NCBI GenBank assembly: GCA_051879195.1
Contig: JBJELO010000208.1
Coordinates: forward strand, 20,007-84,006
Source: Lachnospiraceae bacterium
GTDB lineage: Bacteria > Bacillota > Clostridia > Lachnospirales > Lachnospiraceae
Length of the DNA stretch: 64,000 nucleotides
Reading direction: 5' to 3'
Part shown: positions 30,431-40,478 of the stretch, piece by piece
Layout: each line of letters begins with the position of its first letter
Numbering within the stretch: position 1 is the stretch's first letter
Position numbers and translations under genes: made by a program
The notes under the pieces: model-generated
What the model saw: only the letters and a program-made list of their open reading frames with translations
What the model was told of the DNA's origin: nothing
Databases searched by the model: none

Positions 30431-31981
30431 ATGGAATATTTATGGTGTTTTATCGGCGCGTTGGGTGCAGGAATCGGTACAGGGTTGGCGGGGCTGTCTG
30501 CCGCGACTGTTATGGTTCCCATTATGATTGTATTATGTCCGGCATTTTCCGGGGAAACGGGGGCTTACCATGCAACGGCTATCGCTCTTGCATCGGATAT
30601 TCTGGGCTCGGCATTTACTGCTGGAATTTATATCCGGCATAAAAATGTGGATCTGAAACGGGGCTGGATCATGATGGTATGCATCATCGCCATGTGCGTC
30701 GTCGGAAGTTTTGCTGCATTTGAAGTGGGGAATGTGGTACTGGGAGGCTTTTCTCTGTTTCTCTGTGTGGGAATCGGTATCCGTTTCCTGCTGAAACCGG
30801 ATACGCAGCGGGAGGAAACAGTGGCAAAAGGCGCGAAGCTGGACTGGAAAGGGATTGCAGTTTCCCTGTTTTTCGGACTTACCATCGGATTCGGTACGGG
30901 ATTTGTGGGATCCGGCGGCGGCATGATGATGCTGGTGGTATTTACCGCTTTTCTGGGAATGGACCGGAAACCGGCGGTGGGGACAAGTACACTGATCATG
31001 ACATTTACAGCGCTGATTGCATTTATCAGCCATTCAATCATTGACCCCACCATTATTCTGAAAGACTGGCCCGTGCTTCTGCTGTGTATTGTGACAGAAA
31101 CGGCAGCTTCCATCATATCTGCTCAGTTTGCCAACCGGGTCAATAACCGGACGGTGGGGCTGGTGACCGGTGCCGTGCTGACGGTTCTCGGTATCACCAT
31201 GCTGGCAATTAATTACAGGAAACCGATTGCTTCCTGCGCACGGATTGTATTCAGGGGACAGGGTACTGACGGTGGACTGATCATGCAGGTACTTCGCTGC
31301 ATGGGCTGGTATCTGCTGTTTATTGCCGCAATTGTAATCATGATTCTGGTGCTGCGGCTTTGTTTCCGGATATCCGGCGAGGCTGCACGGAAGCTGCTGC
31401 AGTTTCCTGCCCTGGCATCGGTTATTTTCATGCTGTATGCGGCGGAGACCTGGATTGCTGCGGTTTTATGTGCCATTGTTTTCTGTCTGGCGGTATATCC
31501 TGTGCTTTGCATGCTGGAAAAATGGAATGGCTATTCCAATCTGTTTATGGAGCGGAAGCCGGGCGAGGTAAAAAAGAGCCTGTTTCTTCTGTTCGGAACG
31601 CATACCGCGCTGGCGGCGCTGGCCTGCGGTGTGTTGAAAATGCCGTATGTTGCCGTTACGGCAATCATTGTATGGGGGATTGGTGATACCGCCGCTGCTC
31701 TGTACGGGAAACGTTTTGGGAAACATCACGTCGGTCTGCCCCATGCAGACAATCATAAAACATGGCAAGGAACTGCAGCCATGGCAGTAACCTCTTTTAT
31801 AACAGCGGTGGCCGTTCTGGCGGCAGTCAGTCCGCTTTCTGTATGGAAATGCATTCTGTTTTCCCTGATCGCAGCCCCTTTTTCCGCAGCCTCCGAACTG
31901 TATTCTCATAACGGCAATGATACCGTCACGGTACCTGTTGCGGTAGCTGCAGTGTTGGCGGTGCTTTGCATGATCGGATAA
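30431..31981 (+). CDS. TauE/SafE (TSUP) transporter fused to a phytol/dolichol-kinase-like CTP-transferase domain
   Basis: N-half TGLAGLSAA, GFVGSGGG, AVGTS; C-half GIGDTAAALYGKRFG...KTWQGT...DTVTVP. Confidence 0.8.
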   Translation: MEYLWCFIGALGAGIGTGLAGLSAATVMVPIMIVLCPAFSGETGAYHATAIALASDILGSAFTAGIYIRHKNVDLKRGWIMMVCIIAMCVVGSFAAFEVGNVVLGGFSLFLCVGIGIRFLLKPDTQREETVAKGAKLDWKGIAVSLFFGLTIGFGTGFVGSGGGMMMLVVFTAFLGMDRKPAVGTSTLIMTFTALIAFISHSIIDPTIILKDWPVLLLCIVTETAASIISAQFANRVNNRTVGLVTGAVLTVLGITMLAINYRKPIASCARIVFRGQGTDGGLIMQVLRCMGWYLLFIAAIVIMILVLRLCFRISGEAARKLLQFPALASVIFMLYAAETWIAAVLCAIVFCLAVYPVLCMLEKWNGYSNLFMERKPGEVKKSLFLLFGTHTALAALACGVLKMPYVAVTAIIVWGIGDTAAALYGKRFGKHHVGLPHADNHKTWQGTAAMAVTSFITAVAVLAAVSPLSVWKCILFSLIAAPFSAASELYSHNGNDTVTVPVAVAAVLAVLCMIG

Positions 31982-31997
31982 GAAACGGTCAAAAAAT

Positions 31998-32038
31998 AAT
32001 CGCAAGCGATTGACAAAGCATGGCAGGTATCGTATAAT
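31998..32038 (+). promoter_or_regulatory. MarR promoter with operator AATCGCAAGCGATT overlapping the -35
   Basis: 14-bp palindrome 31998-32011; TTGACA-17bp-TATAAT. Confidence 0.75.
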
Positions 32039-32080
32039 TACTTCTGTGAAAGCAGATCAGTACAGAAAGCAGGTGAATGT

Positions 32081-32503
32081 ATGCAGGAAGAAAGAAGATG
32101 CGGACTCCTGATCCGGAAGATACATACAAAACTGGAAAAGGATGCCAATAATGCCATGAGGGATGCGGATCTGTCTTTTGCACAGATTTCCATACTGGAG
32201 CTGCTGAATTCCGTACCGGGACAGCAGATGCAGGTGAAGGAGATTCAGAAGCATGAAAAGCTTGCCCAGTCGACAACAGCAGGACTGGTGAGCCGGATTG
32301 AACAGAAAGGTTTTGTGGAGTGCTGGTCAGATTCCGAAGACAGAAGGCTGAAATGGGTAAAGCTGACAGCACGGGGACAGGATTGCTGCGTCAAAGCGGA
32401 TGAACGTATGAAAGTGGCAGAGGATATGCTGCTGAGAAATCTCACAGATACGGAAAAGGAAATCCTGCTCAGTCTGCTTCAGAAGGTCAGCAATTCCATT
32501 TAG
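32081..32503 (+). CDS. MarR-family regulator
   Basis: LSFAQ, STTAGLVSRIEQKGFV, DRRLKWVKLTARG. Confidence 0.92.
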   Translation: MQEERRCGLLIRKIHTKLEKDANNAMRDADLSFAQISILELLNSVPGQQMQVKEIQKHEKLAQSTTAGLVSRIEQKGFVECWSDSEDRRLKWVKLTARGQDCCVKADERMKVAEDMLLRNLTDTEKEILLSLLQKVSNSI

Positions 32504-32619
32504 CAGGATGGATATGTATCCGGATATGGTGAAAAGATGGTTCCGGACACTGCAGCTTTTCTGCAGACAGGTAAAAGCGATATGAAAAAGTAAAAGCGTG
32601 AAAACGCTTTTCTTTTTCA

Positions 32620-32640
32620 TATAATCAATCGCAAGCGATT
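32620..32640 (+). promoter_or_regulatory. Second identical MarR operator just after the -10 of the MATE gene
   Basis: TATAAT then AATCGCAAGCGATT at 32627-32640. Confidence 0.75.
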
Positions 32641-32684
32641 TAATGTAGGTGATAATTAAGTACGAAAAGAAAGAAGGCTGTAAT

Positions 32685-34130
32685 ATGAAAGAAAATGCAG
32701 AAGTGAAAAAAGACAACAGGATGAATGAAGATATGAATGAAAACATAAATGAAGATAACAGAGTGAGAGAAGATAATAACCTTGCACGGTACCAGTCCAT
32801 GCCGGTGGCACGGGCTGTTATCTCCAACGCACTTCCTGCCATGGCGGCCATGCTGATGACGCTGATCTATAATCTTGCGGATACTTTCTTTATCGGCCAG
32901 ACAAAGGATGCGTATCAGGTAGCGGCTGTATCTCTGGCAACTCCGGTGTTCCTCATATTTATGGCGGTGGGATCCGCTTTTGGAATCGGCGGTACTTCAG
33001 TGATTTCAAGGGCATTTGGGGAAGGGAACAACAGGTATGCCCGAAAGGTGTCTTCTTTCTGTATGTGGGGGTGTGTGATCTGCGGTACTGTAATATCAGC
33101 ATGTCTGCTGATTTTCATGAATCCGATTCTTCGTTTGATTGGAGCCAGCGAGGCAACCTGGGGATTTACAAAAATCTATCTTACAATCGTAGCATTCTGC
33201 GGACCGTTTGCTGTGATTTCCAGCTGTTTCTCCAATGTGCTGAGAGCAGAAGGACAGGCAAACCGGGCAATGGCAGGCCAGATTGTGGGGAATCTTCTCA
33301 ATATAACGCTGGATGCGGTATTTATCATGGGTTTTCACTGGGATATTGTGGGGTGTGCACTGGCAACACTGATTGGTGAAATTGCAGGTGCCTGTTATTA
33401 TCTGATTTATTTTCTGCGGAGACAATCTTCTTTGAGTATCAGTATTCGCGATTTTACAATGAAAGAACATGTGGCAGCAGGTACTCTTGTGATCGGGATT
33501 CCGGCTTCTCTGGGCTCTCTCCTTATGAGTGTATCTCAGATTGTTATGAATGCTCAGATGGCAAAGCATGGCGATATGGCAGTAGCCGGGATTGGGGTGG
33601 CTATGAAAATCGTTATGATTACCGGTATGCTGTCAATGGGAATCGGACAGGGGGTTCAGCCGCTCCTGGGCTTTTGTATAGGATCCGGAAACCGTGACCG
33701 TTTCAGGAAAATCATGAGTTTTTCCCTGTTTTTTGCCACAGCAATCGGAACAGTTCTGACAATCTGCTGTTATGTCTTTAATAGTCCGATTATCGGTGCA
33801 TTTCTGAATGATGAAGGTGCTTTTGCCTGTGCACAGACATTTTCCGGAATTCTGCTCTGTACAGGTCCATTGTTTGGAATCTATTATGTACTGTGCAATG
33901 CACTGCAGGCAATGGGAGCAGCAACAGCCTCTTTCATTATCAATATCAGCAGGCAGGGACTTGTTTACATTCCCATGCTGTTTATCATGGATGCATGGCT
34001 TGGAGCATCAGGACTTGCATGGGCGCAGCCTGCAGCAGATGTGATTTCCGTAATAATGGCTGCACTTCTGTATGGAAGGAATTTTCAGAAAAAAAGCAGG
34101 AAAAATTCCGGAGCCGGAACGAAACGGTAA
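32685..34130 (+). CDS. MATE-family efflux transporter (MepA-like)
   Basis: IYNLADTFFIG, LRAEG, GCALAT, QPLLGF. Confidence 0.9.
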   Translation: MKENAEVKKDNRMNEDMNENINEDNRVREDNNLARYQSMPVARAVISNALPAMAAMLMTLIYNLADTFFIGQTKDAYQVAAVSLATPVFLIFMAVGSAFGIGGTSVISRAFGEGNNRYARKVSSFCMWGCVICGTVISACLLIFMNPILRLIGASEATWGFTKIYLTIVAFCGPFAVISSCFSNVLRAEGQANRAMAGQIVGNLLNITLDAVFIMGFHWDIVGCALATLIGEIAGACYYLIYFLRRQSSLSISIRDFTMKEHVAAGTLVIGIPASLGSLLMSVSQIVMNAQMAKHGDMAVAGIGVAMKIVMITGMLSMGIGQGVQPLLGFCIGSGNRDRFRKIMSFSLFFATAIGTVLTICCYVFNSPIIGAFLNDEGAFACAQTFSGILLCTGPLFGIYYVLCNALQAMGAATASFIINISRQGLVYIPMLFIMDAWLGASGLAWAQPAADVISVIMAALLYGRNFQKKSRKNSGAGTKR

Positions 34131-34307
34131 CTGACTTTTGAAGCAAAGTATTCCCGAACGCTGGAAGCCATGAACGAAGATTGCAGAGAAGCCCTGCAGC
34201 AGATCGAGGAGCGGATGTATGCAAAAGAATATGAGGATGATTACGATCATATCCTCTGCTACGGTATCTCGTTTTTTAAAAAGCGCTGTCTTGTGAAAAA
34301 GAAATGA
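34131..34307 (+). pseudogene. C-terminal remnant of an AAA-ATPase/PD-(D/E)XK (DUF1703-type) protein
   Basis: FEAKYS...EALQQIEERMYA...ILCYGISFFKKRCLV*; no start codon or RBS. Confidence 0.7.
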
Positions 34308-34485
34308 ACGAGTCATGAGCATGGTACACAATATATTTCTACTTAAAAACAATAAACTTGCAGAGAAACAGCTGTTAAAATGAGAAAAAATCTAATTTAA
34401 GTGTTGATTTCATGCGAAAATGGTTTATACTAATATCAGGATACAAGGATCAAAAGATCATGTTAATGAAGGTGAGGATATCATT

Positions 34486-35793
34486 ATGCTGATGCAGTTT
34501 ATTTTTAAAAATTATAAATCATTCAGAGATGAGGCGATACTTGATCTGTCAGCGGCAAAGATGACGGAGTTTTCCGACAGAGTTGTTACAATCGGCGGGG
34601 AAAAGATACTTCCTGTCGCTGCTGTTTATGGAGCAAATGCCAGTGGAAAATCTACAGTTTACAGTGCGTTTGAATATATGTCAGATTATGTTGTGCATTC
34701 ATTTAAATATGGTGATGAAGATGAGAAATTTGAAGAATACAGACCAACTCCGTTTCTGTTCGATTCAGAATCAGCAACTGCAGAATCAACATTTGAGGTA
34801 TATTTCACAATTCCGGGGGATAAGAAAGAGAAAAGCTATAATTATGGATTTTGTGTTGATAAGGAGGGAATAACGGAAGAGTGGCTTAATTCAAAAGCAA
34901 AATCGGCGAGGAGTTACAGTACAATTTTTTACCGGGGGGAAGAAGAACTGGACTTGTCAGGTATTCCCAAAAACAGCAGGGAAAATATACAGGTAGCTCT
35001 GGAGAAACAGGTGCTGATTGTTTCTCTTGGAGCGAAACTTAAAATTGCAAAATGTAAGTTAATCAGGGACTGGTTTTTAGCTAATGAGTTCGCAGATTTT
35101 GGAGATCTTTTTACGAGTTTCTTTATGCCAAGAAGGCTTCCAAAGGGATTTGTGGCGGATAAGGCAGTGCAGAATAAGGTTTTGGAGTACTTCTCATCAT
35201 TTGATGAGAGCATCAAAGATTTCAGAATTGAAAAAATTCCGCATGATGGAGAAGAAAAAGAAGATACCTATAAAATCAATGCACTTCATAAGATGATAGA
35301 TTCAGATGATATGGCGGAAATTCCGCTTGGGATGGAATCAGCGGGGACACTTAAAATGTTTGCATTATATCCGGAATTGCAGGATGTGTTGGAAAAAGGA
35401 AGTGTCTTTTTCATTGATGAACTGAATGCCAGACTGCATCCATTGCTTGTACGTAATTTTATACTTGCTTTTTTAAACCCGGCAATTAATGTAAACCATG
35501 CACAGTTGATTTTTACTACACATGATACATGGCAGCTTTCAAATCAGCTTCTCAGGAGAGATGAAATCTGGTTTACGAAAAAAGATAATAAAGGGCTGTC
35601 TACCTTGTATTCTCTAGCAGATTTTATAGATGAAGAGGGTTCCAGAATTCGTAAAGATGAGAACTACGAAAAGAATTATTTAATTGGAAAATATGGTGCT
35701 ATTCCCCAATTGAAGAGTCTTGATATTTTTAATGAAGCATCAGACGAATTAAGTCAGAGTACCGGATTTAATCCTCAGAAAAAGGTGGATTAG
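34486..35793 (+). CDS. AAA_21 ABC-type ATPase, RloA/AbiLi-like
   Basis: FKNYKSFRDE, YGANASGKS, ESAGT, IDELNARLHP, QLIFTTH, LRRDEIWF, YLIGKYGAIP. Confidence 0.88.
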   Translation: MLMQFIFKNYKSFRDEAILDLSAAKMTEFSDRVVTIGGEKILPVAAVYGANASGKSTVYSAFEYMSDYVVHSFKYGDEDEKFEEYRPTPFLFDSESATAESTFEVYFTIPGDKKEKSYNYGFCVDKEGITEEWLNSKAKSARSYSTIFYRGEEELDLSGIPKNSRENIQVALEKQVLIVSLGAKLKIAKCKLIRDWFLANEFADFGDLFTSFFMPRRLPKGFVADKAVQNKVLEYFSSFDESIKDFRIEKIPHDGEEKEDTYKINALHKMIDSDDMAEIPLGMESAGTLKMFALYPELQDVLEKGSVFFIDELNARLHPLLVRNFILAFLNPAINVNHAQLIFTTHDTWQLSNQLLRRDEIWFTKKDNKGLSTLYSLADFIDEEGSRIRKDENYEKNYLIGKYGAIPQLKSLDIFNEASDELSQSTGFNPQKKVD

Positions 35794-35794
35794 T

Positions 35795-36151
35795 ATGGCA
35801 AAAAAGGACAGGCGCGGAAATAGAAAAACCCGCGAGCAAAGATCGGGAAAAATGCTGCCGGAGCTGGGTTATTAATAAGCTTGTTATTAAGGTGGTCGAA
35901 ACAAAGACCAGGGATATGATTGATAAATGTATGGAGTTGACTGCCTATGATGCGCAGTATCGTATACCTTGGATTGTATTTGATCGGGATATGGTACAGG
36001 GATTTGATGAAATTATTGCGGAGGCAAAAAGCAAAGGAATACAGACAGGATGGTCAAATCCATGTTTTGAAATAAAAGGCCTTCGGAGATGTGTCCGGCT
36101 ACAACGGTGCATAAACTGGTGGAGGAAATTAGAGGAAAGGGGGAGCATTGA
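35795..36151 (+). pseudogene. RloB/AbiLii-like protein with two internal deletions
   Basis: MAKKDRRGNRKTREQ...PELGY* | KLVIKVVETKT...WIVFDRD...GWSNPCFEI | PSEMCPATTVHKLVEEI. Confidence 0.8.
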
Positions 36152-36655
36152 ATGGATATCCGTTACCTGTCTTCCCGCTATACAGTACGCTTTTTGCGGG
36201 AAGAGGATATTCCTGCCATTTATGATCTCTGTACCGGGAATCCTCAGTACTATGAGCACTGCCCGCCCGCGGTGACTTCTGAAGGAATCAGGGCGGATAT
36301 GATGGCATTGCCCCCGGGGAAGGATTATCATGACAAATATTATATCGGTTTTTTCGCCGGGGAAATGCTGGCGGCGGTTATGGATCTGATTGCAGGGTAT
36401 CCGGATGATGATACGGCATGGATCGGACTGTTTATGGTGGAGCGGTCGGTTCAGCAGAAAGGTGTTGGTTCCGGCATCATAGAGGAAGTCTGCGGCTGCC
36501 TGAAAAAGGCGGGATTTGCACGGGTCGGGCTGGGATATGCGAAAGGCAATCCGCAAAGTGAGGCATTCTGGCTGAAAAACGGTTTTCAGAAAACCGGTGC
36601 GGAGAAACCGGCGGAGGGCTATACGGTTGTTCTGATGGAGAAAAAGTTCAGGTAA
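36152..36655 (+). CDS. GNAT-family acetyltransferase
   Basis: WIGLFMV..QQKGVGS, N...AFWLKNGF. Confidence 0.88.
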   Translation: MDIRYLSSRYTVRFLREEDIPAIYDLCTGNPQYYEHCPPAVTSEGIRADMMALPPGKDYHDKYYIGFFAGEMLAAVMDLIAGYPDDDTAWIGLFMVERSVQQKGVGSGIIEEVCGCLKKAGFARVGLGYAKGNPQSEAFWLKNGFQKTGAEKPAEGYTVVLMEKKFR

Positions 36656-36738
36656 GAAAAGATACGATACGATGCTTTGATGGGAGTCGGGATTCTTCGG
36701 ATTATGGAACAGGAGATTGAATTCCGGCGTATAAACGA

Positions 36739-36804
36739 ATCATTCTATTCATCACGTTGATTCGAATCAAAAAACTTGACTTGAATGAATAGAATGATCA
36801 GAAT
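36739..36804 (+). promoter_or_regulatory. Promoter embedded in nested inverted repeats
   Basis: ATCATTCTATTCAT / ATGAATAGAATGAT 14-bp arms, inner TTGATTCGAATCAA; TTGACT-17bp-CAGAAT. Confidence 0.5.
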
Positions 36805-36832
36805 AGGAGCAGGAACGGAGGTGCTGCCTGTT

Positions 36833-37546
36833 ATGATTAAAGAAACGGATGGAGATGAATTTGAGGATCGAAAAGAGTTCAGCGGTTCTTTACTGAAACA
36901 GTTAAATGATGCCTACAGCTATCTGGATATGAGGAATCAGACAAAAGCTTCTTTTGATGGGCTGTATCGGACTGATTCGCGCGATTATTCAGAGGCAGCG
37001 CTCAGAGAAGCGCTGCTGAATGCCATAGTCCATAGAGATTATTCCAATCTGACCGGAACTTTTGTTAGTGTTTATTCTGACAGAGTGGAGTTTGTCTCAT
37101 ATGGCGGTCTGGCGGGTGGTGTTACGCTGGAGGATGTTCTGTATGGACTTTCCATATGCAGAAACCGGAAACTGGCCAATGTGTTTTATCGTTTGAATCT
37201 GATTGAAGCCTATGGAACAGGGCTGCAGAAGATACGGAATGCTTATGCCGGAACAGGCGGCGAACCGGAATTTATGGCAGGTCCCAGTTCCTTCAAAGTG
37301 ATCCTTCCCAATATGAATAAACTGAAATCCAGACATAATCCTGAAAATATTGAATCGGTGAACGATGAAGAAACAAAACGGGTGCTTCGTTTTATTGAGC
37401 TGCAGGGCGAAGCATCGAGAAGTGAAATCGAAAATTATCTGGGAATCAGCACATCGACCGCAATCCGGCTGATGAAAAAGCTGATAAACCGTGGTCTTAT
37501 ACAGAGTGTTGGCAAAGGGAAAAATGTGAGGTATACTGTCAAATAA
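36833..37546 (+). pseudogene. Truncated RecG-C-terminal (HATPase_c_4)/HTH regulator lacking the N-terminal Schlafen/AlbA domain
   Basis: ALREALLNAIVHRDY, RNxxLANVF, EAYGTG, C-terminal wHTH GKGKNVRY; N-terminus jumps from GDEFE to DRKEFSG. Confidence 0.65.
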
Positions 37547-37572
37547 AACAAAAGAATCGAGGCGCAGTGATA

Positions 37573-38445
37573 ATGTTGAAAATGGGTAGAAATGATCCGT
37601 GCTGGTGCGGAAGCGGCAGGAAGTATAAAAAGTGTCACAGTGATTTTGATCAGAGGCTGGAGGCACTCCGCCATGAAGGGGCTGTTGTGCCTCCGAGAAA
37701 GATTATTAAAAATCAGGCTCAGATCGCAGGAATCAGGGAGAGCGGCAAGATTAATATTGCCATTCTTGATTACGTCGGTGAACATATCCATGAAGGAATT
37801 ACTACAGAGCAGATCGATCAGTGGGTATATGAGCAGACCATGCGTTACGGTGCCGTGCCGGCGCCGCTGAATTATCAGGGATTTCCGAAAAGTGTGTGCA
37901 CTTCGGTCAATGACCAGGTGTGCCACGGTATTCCTTCGCCTGATGAGGTGCTTCGGGAGGGAGATATTATCAATGTGGATGTATCCACGATTTACAACGG
38001 GTATTTTTCCGACTCCTCCCGTATGTTCTGCATCGGAGAGGTTTCACCGGAGAAGAAACGGCTGGTGGATATTACGAAGGAGAGTCTTTCCGTTGGCCTT
38101 GAGCAGGTAAAGCCCTGGGGATTTCTGGGGGATATGGGTCAGGCGATTCATGATTTCGCTGTTGACAACGGATACAGTGTGGTCAGGCAGATCGGCGGCC
38201 ATGGCGTGGGACTGGAATTTCATGAAGATCCCTGGGTCAGCTACGTATCGGAAAGGGGAACGGAGATGGTGATGGCTCCGGGTATGGTATTTACCATTGA
38301 ACCCATGATCAACATGGGAAGCGATGAGATTTTTGTGGATGAGGAGAACGGCTGGACAGTTTATACAGAGGACGGGCTGCCGTCTGCCCAGTGGGAAATT
38401 CAGGTTCTGATTACGGAAAGCGGATACGAAATACTTGCATATTAA
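37573..38445 (+). CDS. map: Methionine aminopeptidase with N-terminal SEC-C motif
   Basis: GRNDPCWCGSGRKYKKCH; CHGIP, GHGVG..FHE, TIEPMIN. Confidence 0.94.
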   Translation: MLKMGRNDPCWCGSGRKYKKCHSDFDQRLEALRHEGAVVPPRKIIKNQAQIAGIRESGKINIAILDYVGEHIHEGITTEQIDQWVYEQTMRYGAVPAPLNYQGFPKSVCTSVNDQVCHGIPSPDEVLREGDIINVDVSTIYNGYFSDSSRMFCIGEVSPEKKRLVDITKESLSVGLEQVKPWGFLGDMGQAIHDFAVDNGYSVVRQIGGHGVGLEFHEDPWVSYVSERGTEMVMAPGMVFTIEPMINMGSDEIFVDEENGWTVYTEDGLPSAQWEIQVLITESGYEILAY

Positions 38446-38771
38446 AAACGTGAGACTGCAGGTATAAGACTGTCGGATGAGGCTGTCGGATGCAGGCCTG
38501 TTGGATACAAAATTGTCAGAAAATAATATAATATTTTCAGATATTATATAAAAAGATGGGTAACACCGATAAAAATGTATTGCAATATAACCCAAAATGT
38601 GCATAATAAAAGGAGGAGCAGAAATTGCTCTGACGACGAATCCGGTATCTGTTCAACCATGTATGAGCGATTCAGGACAGAGTGAAACAGATATTGATGG
38701 AATACTGTTCAGGGCCGGAGACTGACGCTGGACAGGTATATCGTTTATATGATTTTCCAGGAGGTAATGGA

Positions 38772-39425
38772 ATGAAGAAATTTATATGTACGGTTTGTGG
38801 TTATGTTCATGAAGGTGAAACCGCACCGGAAGTATGCCCCGTGTGCAAGCAGCCGGCATCCAAATTTAAAGAAGTGACAGTACCGGCGTCCAATCCCTAT
38901 GCAGGAACCAAGACAGAAAAGAATCTCTGGGAGGCATTTGCAGGCGAATCCCAGGCAAGAAACAAGTACACATATTTTGCATCCGTAGCAAAGAAAGCCG
39001 GATATGAACAGATCGCAGAACTGTTCCTCAAGACTGCTGAGAATGAAAAGGAGCATGCTAAGCTGTGGTTCAAGGCACTGGGGCAGATCGGTGATACCGC
39101 TGAGAATCTGCTTCATGCAGCAGAAGGCGAGAACGAAGAGTGGACAGATATGTATGTCCGCATGGCAAAGGACGCAGAAGAAGAAGGCTTTACCGAACTG
39201 GCAGAACAGTTCAGAGGTGTGGCAGCCATCGAAAAACAGCATGAAGAAAGATATCGTGCCCTTCTCAATAATGTGGAGACAAAGCAGGTATTTGAAAAGA
39301 GCGGAGTATCCATCTGGGAATGCCGCAACTGCGGTCATGTAGTAGTAGGAACAAAAGCACCGGAAGTATGCCCTGTATGCAAACATCCTCAGAGCTACTT
39401 CGAAATCAGAAAAGAAAACTACTAA
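38772..39425 (+). CDS. rbr: Rubrerythrin with rubredoxin-like domains at both ends
   Basis: [32 protein letters not shown]. Confidence 0.93.
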   Translation: MKKFICTVCGYVHEGETAPEVCPVCKQPASKFKEVTVPASNPYAGTKTEKNLWEAFAGESQARNKYTYFASVAKKAGYEQIAELFLKTAENEKEHAKLWFKALGQIGDTAENLLHAAEGENEEWTDMYVRMAKDAEEEGFTELAEQFRGVAAIEKQHEERYRALLNNVETKQVFEKSGVSIWECRNCGHVVVGTKAPEVCPVCKHPQSYFEIRKENY

Positions 39426-39454
39426 AAACTGAAAACTGACATTTTACATCAACG

Positions 39455-39496
39455 GGAGCTGCCGCATTTTCTGATATGCGGCAGCTTCATTTTATT
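39455..39496 (+). terminator. Rho-independent terminator
   Basis: GAGCTGCCGCAT...ATGCGGCAGCTT with a T-rich tail. Confidence 0.7.
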
Positions 39497-39617
39497 ACTG
39501 TGCGCAGGAGCGCACGTTTTTACTGTTTTTTCTGACAGGGATATGGTGGTAATCTGTACCGGCTGCTGGTATAATGGGGTGAATCTGTTTCAGGCGATGC
39601 CTGAGGAAGGAGAAAAT

Positions 39618-40478
39618 ATGATTCATATGCTGAATGATATAAATGATTGTTATACACTGAGCAACGGTGTGAAGATTCCCTGCGTCGGGTACGGTACTTA
39701 TGTGGAGAGCGATGCGGAGAAGAATGTGGAGGTGATTTGCCAGGCAATCCGGGCCGGCTACCGCCTTCTGGATACGGCGTCATTTTACGGGACGGAGACA
39801 TATCTGGCAGAATCACTGAAAAAATGCGGAATACCCAGAGAAGAATTTTTTATTACTTCCAAGGTATGGAAGACCGAGATGGGATATGAGAAGACAAAAG
39901 AAGCATTTGCCAGGACACTTGACAATCTTCAGACGGATTATCTGGATATGTACCTGATTCACTGGCCGGTTCCCGGGGATGACTGCTGTAACTGGAAACA
40001 TCTGGATGTACAGACATGGAGAGCGATGGAAGAGTTATACGAGGAGGGGAAAATCCGCGCTATCGGCGTCAGCAATTTCCTGCCTCATCATATTGACAAT
40101 CTTCTGGAAAACGGAAGAATCGATCCTATGGTGAATCAACTGGAATTCCATCCGGGTTATGTTCAGGCAGCAACACTTCATTACTGCAGGGAACATGATA
40201 TCCGCGTACAGGCATGGAGCCCTCTGGGAAGAAGACGTGTTCTGGAGAATCCGCTGATACTGGAACTGGCCCGTAAGTATGAAACCTCTGCTGCTCAGAT
40301 CTGCCTTCGGTTTGCATTTCAGGAAGAGGTGATTCCGCTCCCGAAAGCATCTTCCATGGACCGGATGAAACAGAATCAGGATATTTTTTCTTTTGAAATC
40401 AGCCGTGAGGATATGTTTCGTCTGGAAACCATGCCGCAGACAGGCTGGTCCGGTCAGCATCCTGACGGGCTGCGGTAA
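39618..40478 (+). CDS. Aldo/keto reductase
   Basis: GYRLLDTASFY, ITSKVW, DMYLIHWP, AIGVSNF, NQLEFHP. Confidence 0.93.
   Translation: MIHMLNDINDCYTLSNGVKIPCVGYGTYVESDAEKNVEVICQAIRAGYRLLDTASFYGTETYLAESLKKCGIPREEFFITSKVWKTEMGYEKTKEAFARTLDNLQTDYLDMYLIHWPVPGDDCCNWKHLDVQTWRAMEELYEEGKIRAIGVSNFLPHHIDNLLENGRIDPMVNQLEFHPGYVQAATLHYCREHDIRVQAWSPLGRRRVLENPLILELARKYETSAAQICLRFAFQEEVIPLPKASSMDRMKQNQDIFSFEISREDMFRLETMPQTGWSGQHPDGLR

Noticed and set aside
38629-38690. CTGACGA...GAAAC as a hammerhead ribozyme
   Set aside because: Stems I-III do not form with the required geometry.
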